48,611 nucleotides of DNA from Dysgonamonadaceae bacterium (GTDB taxonomy: Bacteria; Bacteroidota; Bacteroidia; Bacteroidales; Azobacteroidaceae): the NCBI GenBank assembly GCA_031263685.1, contig JAISFI010000019.1:1-48611 (forward strand), given 5' to 3'. Of this stretch, positions 1 to 6,716 are shown piece after piece (position 1 is the first letter of the stretch; each line of letters begins with the position of its first letter). The position numbers and the translations under genes are program-made. The notes beneath the pieces are model-generated. The model was given only the letters and a program-made list of their open reading frames with translations, did no database searches and was not told the DNA's origin.

Positions 1-287
1 TTGACCGTTTCGGGCGCATCGCCGCGGATGAAATCGTACTGTTTCAGGCTTGCCGCCGGAGCGCCCCGGTCGTTCAGGATCACGTCGCTTTCGGGCGGGG
101 CGATGAAGCCTTTCGTCGCGTCGCGGTAGTCCGTGCTGTCGGCAAAATCCAGGCGCCGGTACTCCTCTTCATTAATTTGCCGGGTGAAGGGAGTAGCCGG
201 CTGGCCTGGCGCCTGCGCAATGGAGGCTGTTGGTAAAATAAAAACACCAAAAAAACTAAACAGATATTTAGGAAAAGTTGTATTCAT
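1..287 (-). CDS. MBL-fold alkyl/aryl-sulfatase-like protein, N-terminal fragment (gene continues past window start)
   Basis: Manual minus-strand translation from ATG (285-287) gives MNTTFPKYLFSFFGVFILPTASIAQAPGQPATPFTRQINEEEYRRLDFADSTDYRDATKGFIAPPESDVILNDRGAPAASLKQYDFIRGDAPETV. It has a signal peptide followed by the DF.D..DA.KGFIA segment I associate with BDS1/YjcS/SdsA1-type sulfatase N-termini. It is open to the window edge, so it is absent from the ORF track. Confidence 0.5.
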   Translation of the reverse strand, partial: MNTTFPKYLFSFFGVFILPTASIAQAPGQPATPFTRQINEEEYRRLDFADSTDYRDATKGFIAPPESDVILNDRGAPAASLKQYDFIRGDAPETV

Positions 288-440
288 ATTTTCAATTTGT
301 TTATTGATAATTTAGGGTCGTCTTGTGAAAGCAAAGGTAAGAGGAACAGTACAGGCGTACAATACCATATTAACGGTATTTTTGTAATATAAACATGGTA
401 GAAGTGGAATTTTACACCGGAAAGCGTAGCGTTCAACGCA

Positions 441-477
441 CATAACCTCCGGTGGCACATGGCGACCGGAGGTTATG
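441..477. other. Perfect 13-bp inverted repeat (stem-loop) followed by a G-run
   Basis: CATAACCTCCGGT (441-453) and ACCGGAGGTTATG (465-477) are exact reverse complements around an 11-nt loop. GGGGGAGGAGGGAGGG follows at 477-492. The structure lies between the Rpn stop (511) and the sulfatase start (287). Confidence 0.8.
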
Positions 478-510
478 GGGGAGGAGGGAGGGCGCAAATG
501 ATCGCCGTTC

Positions 511-1485
511 CTACAGCAATTTGTTTCGTTTCAGGATTTCAAGAATATGCTCTTGAGTGAGACTGGAAAATGCTTGGATTTGTTCAATGGAAAGGTTGTT
601 TTGGTAGGCGGTTAGAACATTTTTTTCCAGTTCTTTGGTACGACCTTCTTCACGACCTTCTTCACGGCCTTCTTTACGGCCTTTTTCAATTCCTATGCCA
701 ATTCCTTTTTCGATTCCTATTCCAATTCCTTCTTCAAGACCTTTTTCGTGACCTTCAAACAATCCGGTTTGAATCACGCTGCGCTGATAACGCAAGGCTT
801 CAAGGTGTGCATCGTAAGTGCGCTGTTCTTCCTTACTCAGGCGATCTCGCCGCAAGCGTTCGCGGGCTTCCGCCAATCCGCCCGCTTTCGCATCTTCCGG
901 TATGTCGCCTGTTTTCAGGAACGATATCCATTCGTCCAGCGGCGTAATCGCTTTCCGGTCAAATTCATCTACCCGGATTACATAATATTCGGGAAACAGC
1001 TTGCCCACTTCCTTGTGGATAAACTGTTTCTGCTGATTGACCGACAGTTTCAATACATCGTTGGTGTGAATACCTCGAAATTCGGTATAGCCGTGATAGA
1101 CGTAATCATTGCCCTGCCCCAAGTCGAAATAAACGATGTTGACGGAATATACTTTCTTTACATGATCGTACGGTTCCCCGCCGCTGATGTATTCCGTTAT
1201 GACTTTGGAGGTTCCGTACAGCATCCGGTGGAAATAGTTCAGTTCGCGGTTGTTTTGAACTTCGATAATCACCAGTTCGCCCCGGCTGTTTTCCGCCAGC
1301 ATGTCCACGCGGTTGAATTTGTCGATGGCATCCTCTTTGTTTCCTTCGCTTTCCAGGATGTGCTTAATCCGGATGGTCTCGCCCAGCAGGGTTGTCAGAA
1401 ACCCTTCCAGGACTACAAAATTCGATTTCTGACGCAACAGCTGCTTGGCTGCCCAGTCGAACATGATATAGTCGCTTTTTGCCAT
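511..1485 (-). CDS. Rpn-family recombination-promoting nuclease / PD-(D/E)XK putative transposase (YhgA-like)
   Basis: 324-aa ORF with an ATG start. The N-terminal half has the nuclease core pattern (NRVDMLAE...GELVIIEVQ). The C-terminal tail carries E/G/K/R repeats (EKGIGIGIEKGIGIGIEKGRKEGREEGREEGR), typical of the Bacteroidetes 'putative transposase or invertase' family. Confidence 0.75.
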   Translation of the reverse strand: MAKSDYIMFDWAAKQLLRQKSNFVVLEGFLTTLLGETIRIKHILESEGNKEDAIDKFNRVDMLAENSRGELVIIEVQNNRELNYFHRMLYGTSKVITEYISGGEPYDHVKKVYSVNIVYFDLGQGNDYVYHGYTEFRGIHTNDVLKLSVNQQKQFIHKEVGKLFPEYYVIRVDEFDRKAITPLDEWISFLKTGDIPEDAKAGGLAEARERLRRDRLSKEEQRTYDAHLEALRYQRSVIQTGLFEGHEKGLEEGIGIGIEKGIGIGIEKGRKEGREEGREEGRTKELEKNVLTAYQNNLSIEQIQAFSSLTQEHILEILKRNKLL

Positions 1486-1513
1486 AATATCTTCATTATT
1501 ATTAAACAGCGTG

Positions 1514-1545
1514 CAAATTTATCTGTTTTTTTTGAGACTGACAAA
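1514..1545 (-). promoter_or_regulatory. Candidate Bacteroidetes sigma-A promoter for the Rpn gene
   Basis: The minus strand reads TTTG-tcagtctcaaaaaaaacaga-TAaaTTTG, with a 20-nt spacer. The -7 box ends about 28 nt upstream of the ATG at 1485. Confidence 0.5.
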
Positions 1546-1563
1546 TGCAAAATAAATTGTCAC

Positions 1564-4158
1564 TCACTTTCCGGACACCTGTTCCCACAGCGAAGTTATC
1601 TTCAACTGCTTCTCAAATTCCATTTGCGTGCAATTTGTTTTGACCTTGACGCAGACTGTTTCTCCGGGCAGTATATCGAAATAATTATTTTCAAAGAAAT
1701 TATCAATGCCGTTTATAGACAGCATGACAGCCCGGGCAAAGCGGTCGGATTGCAGGCTTATTTCAAATCCTCCGGAAACGGGACGTATGCTTCGGGAGAT
1801 GTTGACCGGAGGGAAATCAATTTCTTTTTGCGAGGTCGGAAAATAACGGTTGGTATAGACACTGCCGGTATTGTCGGTGAAAACAACGGAGATGAATCCG
1901 TCTTTTTCGGACATTCCGTTGAGCAGCGACGTCTTGTCGGCGGTATAAAGGTGGGTGCTGGCATTGGCCGGTACCTTTAGCGGTTTCTTTACCCGGTTGA
2001 TTTCTGTGCCGTCCCAGCGGATGACACGTATGTCTAACTGTCCTTTAGTGTCTTTCAGCCGGTCGGAAACAAGGTAGATGTGCAGTTCGCTGTCCTTTGC
2101 AATTGGAGAAACCAGGATGTCGCGGTAAGCCTCGCGTGCGTAGTAGTGCTGTGCTTTCCACCGTCCGTAATAGTCGCGGCTGGCCCAGGATGCTACCGGC
2201 CAACAGTCGTTGTGTTGCCAGAAAAGCGTTCCCATGCAATAGGGACGATCTCTCCGGTGCGCTTCGATGGCGATTTTAATGGCATCGCCCTGCAATATCT
2301 GGCTCATGTAGAGAAAGCCTTGAAAATCTTTCGGCTCTTTATATTCGTTCAACAAATATTCCCGGATAAGCGGATTGGCGTAGTTACCGGCGCGCTGATG
2401 AGCCATCATGACTTCGGAGGTGATGTTCCAGTCGTCCGGACGAGGAGCGAAAATCTTTACCGATTCAAATTCTGGGAAAGACTGAAAACCGTATTCGCTG
2501 AAGAAGCGGCTTCGGACTTCGTTGAATTTATTGGTTGGCTCTTTCCCGTGCCATACGCCCCAATAGTGCCGATCGCCATTGTGTTCTTCGTCTTTGTTCC
2601 TGTTGTAGGGCGATGAAGGCCAGTAAAAAGTGCCGGGGCTACAGGCGGATACCGTTTCCGGCAACACCTTGTCGAACAGGTCGGTGTATTGCCGCCAGAT
2701 GATTTTTTCGTACTCCGGGCTTTGCTCCCGGTAGTATTCGTCGAAGTTCCACAGCGTCCAGAAGTAATAGACTTCGTTGTTTCCGCACCACAAGGCAATG
2801 GAAGGGTGATTGCGCAGTCGTTTGATATTTTCTGTCGCTTCCTGACGGATGTTTTCCAGCAATTCACCTTCGGAAGGATAGAGACTGCAAGCGAACATGA
2901 AATCCTGCCACACCATAATACCGTGTTTATCGCACAAATCGTAGAAAATATCATTTTCATAAATGCCGCCTCCCCACACGCGCAGCATGTTCATGTTGGC
3001 ATTTACGGCGTCGAGCACGGTTTGTTCGTATTGCGCTTCCGTGACGCGGGGCAGGAAATTGTCCTGCGGAATATAGTTGGCGCCTTTGGCAAAAACGGGG
3101 ATACCGTTCAGTTCAAAATAGAACGACTCGCCGTACGAATCGGGGCGGTTAATCACTTTCAGCGAGCGGATTCCGGTAGTTGTCGTCTTGCTGTCGACTG
3201 GTTGGGCGTGCAGCGAAACTTCTGTTCGGAAAGTATATACATGCGGGTCGCCCAAGCCATTACTCCACCACAGTTTGGGGTTTTTGACGGTAAAGGGGAT
3301 GGAGATTTTATTCGTCCCCTTCTGTAGAGCAGTGGTGAGGGTTCCCCACGTCTTAGCGCTTTCGGGATCTTTCAAGGTGATGCTGACGTCGGGAAAGGCA
3401 TCGTCCGACAGGATTTCTACTTGTGCTTCGATGTTCGCTCTGTTGGCGTTCACTTCCTTTTGCAGCAGGAAGACGTTTTCGATTCGCAAATCATTCCATG
3501 CTTCCAGGTGTACGGGACGCCATATTCCGGAGGTGACAAATCGCGGTCCCCAGTCCCAACCGTAGTGATAGCCGGCTTTACGGGCAAAAATGCTGACGCG
3601 CTTGTCGAATATTCCGCCGTTTTCGGACTGATCCGGGCCGGTACGGTATTGGTAGGGTAGGGCGTCGAATTTCGGAATATCTATTTTGATGGGAGAATGA
3701 AAATAGATGCGGAGTTGATTGCCGGAGGGTTTCAACCGTCCTTTGACGTTGATTTTCCATTCCCGGAACATATTATTGGCTTTTAAGATACATTCGTCGT
3801 TCAGATATACATCGGCATACGTGTCGAGGCCGAAGAAATGCAGTTGAATGTTTGTCTTTTGCCGTATTTCACTGTCGGCGTCGAAAACCGTTTCGTATAT
3901 CCAGTCTTCTTTATCGATCCATTGCTGGCTGCGTTCGTTGAGGCGAAGGAAAGGATCTTCGATGATGCTGTTCGCCAATAAATCGGTATGAATCACACCG
4001 GGAACTGTTGCCGGATACCAGTTGGTAAGCCTGGCCTGGCGGAATTTCCAACCGGAATGGATTGCCTGTGTATGCACGGACGATTCGTTTGCCGCGAACA
4101 GGGAGGAGGCCGTAATAACGGTTATCATGAAAAAGAATACGAATTTTTTTAGACTCAT
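1564..4158 (-). CDS. GH2 beta-mannosidase (secreted)
   Basis: 864 aa with a signal peptide. GH2 landmarks are NMLRVWGGGIYE, IMVWQDFMFAC, ALWCGNNE (acid/base) and FFSEYGFQSFP (nucleophile). The N-terminal region resembles Bacteroides Man2A-type enzymes. Confidence 0.85.
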   Translation of the reverse strand: MSLKKFVFFFMITVITASSLFAANESSVHTQAIHSGWKFRQARLTNWYPATVPGVIHTDLLANSIIEDPFLRLNERSQQWIDKEDWIYETVFDADSEIRQKTNIQLHFFGLDTYADVYLNDECILKANNMFREWKINVKGRLKPSGNQLRIYFHSPIKIDIPKFDALPYQYRTGPDQSENGGIFDKRVSIFARKAGYHYGWDWGPRFVTSGIWRPVHLEAWNDLRIENVFLLQKEVNANRANIEAQVEILSDDAFPDVSITLKDPESAKTWGTLTTALQKGTNKISIPFTVKNPKLWWSNGLGDPHVYTFRTEVSLHAQPVDSKTTTTGIRSLKVINRPDSYGESFYFELNGIPVFAKGANYIPQDNFLPRVTEAQYEQTVLDAVNANMNMLRVWGGGIYENDIFYDLCDKHGIMVWQDFMFACSLYPSEGELLENIRQEATENIKRLRNHPSIALWCGNNEVYYFWTLWNFDEYYREQSPEYEKIIWRQYTDLFDKVLPETVSACSPGTFYWPSSPYNRNKDEEHNGDRHYWGVWHGKEPTNKFNEVRSRFFSEYGFQSFPEFESVKIFAPRPDDWNITSEVMMAHQRAGNYANPLIREYLLNEYKEPKDFQGFLYMSQILQGDAIKIAIEAHRRDRPYCMGTLFWQHNDCWPVASWASRDYYGRWKAQHYYAREAYRDILVSPIAKDSELHIYLVSDRLKDTKGQLDIRVIRWDGTEINRVKKPLKVPANASTHLYTADKTSLLNGMSEKDGFISVVFTDNTGSVYTNRYFPTSQKEIDFPPVNISRSIRPVSGGFEISLQSDRFARAVMLSINGIDNFFENNYFDILPGETVCVKVKTNCTQMEFEKQLKITSLWEQVSGK

Positions 4159-4193
4159 GGGTTTGTTTTTTTAGAGAATATGTTTGTGAATTG

Positions 4194-4442
4194 AACTCCT
4201 AAAACAGTTTTTTGAACTCCGAAAATAGTTTTTTGAACTCCAAAAATAGTTTTTTGAACTCCAAAAATAGTTTTTTGAACTCCAAAAATAGTTTTTTGAA
4301 CTCCTAAAATAGTTTTTTGAACTCCAAAAATAGTTTTTTGAACTCCTAAAATAGTTTTGGGAGCTCCTAAAATAGTTTTGGGAGCTCCCAAAATAGTTTT
4401 TTGAACTCCCAAAACAGTTTTTTGAATACCCAAAATAAAATG
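4194..4442. repeat. 21-bp tandem repeat array, 11 full units plus 1 degenerate unit
   Basis: Unit consensus is AACTCCAAAAATAGTTTTTTG. Units start at 4194, 4215, 4236, 4257, 4278, 4299, 4320, 4341, 4362, 4383, 4404 and 4425 (degenerate). Four units are identical. The array fills nearly the whole spacer between stop 4443 and start 4158. Confidence 0.95.
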
Positions 4443-6365
4443 TTAGAAAACGACTACTTTTTGCGTGTAAGTAGCTTGATCGCCGGATAGTTTAACCAGA
4501 TAAACACCGGATGTTACCGGTTGAGATAAACGGTTAGCGCCGGCGGGAACAGTTCCTTCTTCCACTACCTGTCCGTTCACCGCCGTGATGACGTAGTGAA
4601 TAGCAGACGAAACCGTATTGCGTACTTCAATGGATTTATTTACCGTGCCTACGGTTGTGCCGGTCGAAGCAATCTCCTTGATTCCGGTTTGATTCGGGTC
4701 ATAATAAAATGTTTCGAAAGCGCTGCCCAAATCCGACTGGTCAATCGTTTGAACACCGAAAGTATAGAGCGCTTCCGGCAAGTTCAGCTCGATCGAGGTA
4801 CCGATGATTAAAGGTGTGACTTGTCCTCCGATTTTTAATCTGCCCGTAAGCTCATCTACCGGAGCATAAGCATAAATTTTGCCGTCTTCGTCCTTTACAA
4901 ATACGTTGTATCTCAGCGCGCTGGTGGCTGTTTCCGCATCGCTTGCCGCATCCCACGATAACACATATTTTCCGTCGGCATAGGAAACCGTGAAATTATC
5001 GGGAGTAGCAGGAGCCGTATTTTCGGGAATATCTTCTCCCAATTTATTGATGGCAAATGCAGTAGTCCATCCGTTTCCCCAGCCGGTGTTGGCGTAATCC
5101 AGGTTTCCATCGTTATCCATATCGACCAGGTTACTGCCGCCCGAACGCGTCCGCATGTTTTCGGGAACTTCTGCTGCGGTGAAGGTGAAGTCACCATTGT
5201 TGTAGAATATTTTTGTAGTGCCAAGCTCATGAGGGATATCTTCATTGTGTCCATCTAAACCGGAAACCAGTAAATCTGTTAATCCGTCATTGTTGACATC
5301 GCCGGCAGCGATGCTTACACCATTTGTACAAATCAAACCGTTTGTGTTGGTGTCATACTTTGTGAAACTGCCTTCCCCGTCATTGATATGGATATTGGCA
5401 ACTGCCCTGGAAAATTCAACCAAATCGTCGTATCCGTCGCCGTTGAGGTCGGTGAAAATGGTTTCATATTCTTCACTTCCATGGAGTTGGGAAGAATAGG
5501 GCGAAATGCCGAATGTGCCATCCTGATTGTTGATATACAACCGGCCGGCGTATGCCACGTTGCCATAATGACCATAACCTTGTACCAACAAATCGGCATA
5601 ACCATCACCGTTGACATCTCCAACATGTACGGAACCTTTCGTGAAGAAAACAAAATTCGTACGACCACCACCTTCGGTGACGACGAGGTCGTCCTTTTGA
5701 TTGAAGTTACTGATTTCATTTCTCAAAATACCGGTGTAATCCCAGAGCCATCCCCAGTCGCCGGCGCCGTCATTGGCATTCAAATCCCAACCATAAACAT
5801 TATAGTGGGCATCGCCGCAGATTAACAAGTCCATCCAGCCGTCGTGGTCATAATCTATTGCCTGGATGATTTTTCCGAGGGAGTTTCCGCTTCCCGTGTT
5901 AACGGCAAACGATTTCACTTTCTCAGAACGGGTTTCATCTTTCACAAAAGCGTAATTGTTTGCAAGGCCGGTGTTTTCGTAAACGTTAGCGGTGTTATAT
6001 CCGCCATCGGGGTTTGTTACACCCATCGTTACCAAATCAAGATCTCCGTCATTGTCGTAATCAATCCATACGGCATCTGCCTGGAAGAGTTTTTCAAACA
6101 CTTCGCTTTGTACTTTTGTAAAAGTGCCATCGCCATTGTTTTTCCACAGGATGGCATTAGCACCCCACATACCGCCAATAAAGAAGGCATCTTTGTAACC
6201 GTCGTTGTTATAGTCACCCCAAATCAGGTGTCCGCCGCCAACATCGCCATCCTCTTCCAGCCCGTTATCCCGGCTGGCGATCACTTCCCACGCTACTTGC
6301 TTAATCTGCGCCTGTAATATAAGGACAGAAAATAAAGCTACGAATAAAAGAAAATTTCTTTTCAT
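4443..6365 (-). CDS. FG-GAP/VCBS repeat beta-propeller protein with Fn3-like module and T9SS C-terminal sorting domain
   Basis: The track ORF begins at a TTG (6374). The first ATG, at 6365, gives MKRNFLLFVALFSVLILQAQ, a signal peptide. It has repeated DxDxDG blades (GDYNNDGYKD, IDYDNDGDLD, IDYDHDGWMD, GDVNGDGYAD, TDLNGDGYDD, GDVNNDGLTD, VDMDNDGNLD). The C-terminus ...GVYLVKLSGDQATYTQKVVVF fits a type A T9SS CTD. Confidence 0.75.
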   Translation of the reverse strand: MKRNFLLFVALFSVLILQAQIKQVAWEVIASRDNGLEEDGDVGGGHLIWGDYNNDGYKDAFFIGGMWGANAILWKNNGDGTFTKVQSEVFEKLFQADAVWIDYDNDGDLDLVTMGVTNPDGGYNTANVYENTGLANNYAFVKDETRSEKVKSFAVNTGSGNSLGKIIQAIDYDHDGWMDLLICGDAHYNVYGWDLNANDGAGDWGWLWDYTGILRNEISNFNQKDDLVVTEGGGRTNFVFFTKGSVHVGDVNGDGYADLLVQGYGHYGNVAYAGRLYINNQDGTFGISPYSSQLHGSEEYETIFTDLNGDGYDDLVEFSRAVANIHINDGEGSFTKYDTNTNGLICTNGVSIAAGDVNNDGLTDLLVSGLDGHNEDIPHELGTTKIFYNNGDFTFTAAEVPENMRTRSGGSNLVDMDNDGNLDYANTGWGNGWTTAFAINKLGEDIPENTAPATPDNFTVSYADGKYVLSWDAASDAETATSALRYNVFVKDEDGKIYAYAPVDELTGRLKIGGQVTPLIIGTSIELNLPEALYTFGVQTIDQSDLGSAFETFYYDPNQTGIKEIASTGTTVGTVNKSIEVRNTVSSAIHYVITAVNGQVVEEGTVPAGANRLSQPVTSGVYLVKLSGDQATYTQKVVVF

Positions 6366-6455
6366 GTTGAACAAAATTTAAAATTAGTAATGATGTAAAA
6401 ACTCACCTATTAAAGTTCCACAAATTTAAGCACACATTTTCCGGATAAAAAGCGC

Positions 6456-6488
6456 AAATTTGTCAAATAATAGCAGAGATGTTGCAAT
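6456..6488 (+). repeat. 33-bp conserved intergenic motif, copy 1
   Basis: aaatttgtcaaataatagcagagatgttgcaat matches copy 2 at 28 of 33 positions. It contains TTGTCAA and TTGCAA palindromic half-elements 22 bp apart. Confidence 0.85.
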
Positions 6489-6595
6489 ATCGCCTCCAAT
6501 TGTGCGGGCAAAGATACAATTCGGGCGCCGGAATAAAGATGCACAATTAGGTTGAAAGCATGTATAATCTATCTATCATGGATTTTAACAGGAAG

Positions 6596-6628
6596 AAACT
6601 TGTCAAAAAATAGCACATTTGTTGCAAT
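6596..6628 (+). repeat. 33-bp conserved intergenic motif, copy 2
   Basis: aaacttgtcaaaaaatagcacatttgttgcaat has the same orientation as copy 1 and lies 140 bp downstream of it. It is about 90 nt upstream of the ATG at 6717. Confidence 0.85.
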
Positions 6629-6716
6629 TGGATGTTTGTGCTATTAAATGGTCAGTTTGTGTAGCTTAAAAGTGATTCAATCCGAGTATATTTGCATACA
6701 CAAAAAAATATATCTT

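Noticed and set aside
133-497. Track ORFs 133-315 (+) and 312-497 (-).
   Set aside because: The first lies opposite the sulfatase-like N-terminus, which has a clean signal peptide. The second spans the stem-loop and G-run intergenic region and has no supporting features.
748-1980. Long antisense ORFs: 748-1980, 8277-9263, 10953-12092, 19324-20052, 20401-21174, 35251-36321 and similar.
   Set aside because: Each lies entirely opposite a gene with strong family motifs. Their translations are low-complexity or Arg/Phe/Ile-rich shadow-frame products with no recognisable domains.
4155-4433. A 92-aa ORF encoding the heptad repeats KTI(L/F)G(V/A)(Q/P) across the 21-bp array.
   Set aside because: It starts at TTG and is made only of the repeat. 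All three minus-strand frames of the unit are stop-free, so an open frame here carries no information. I treat it as non-coding repeat DNA.
4194-4442. Possible CRISPR array.
   Set aside because: The units abut directly with no spacers, are only 21 bp long, and no cas genes are present in the window.
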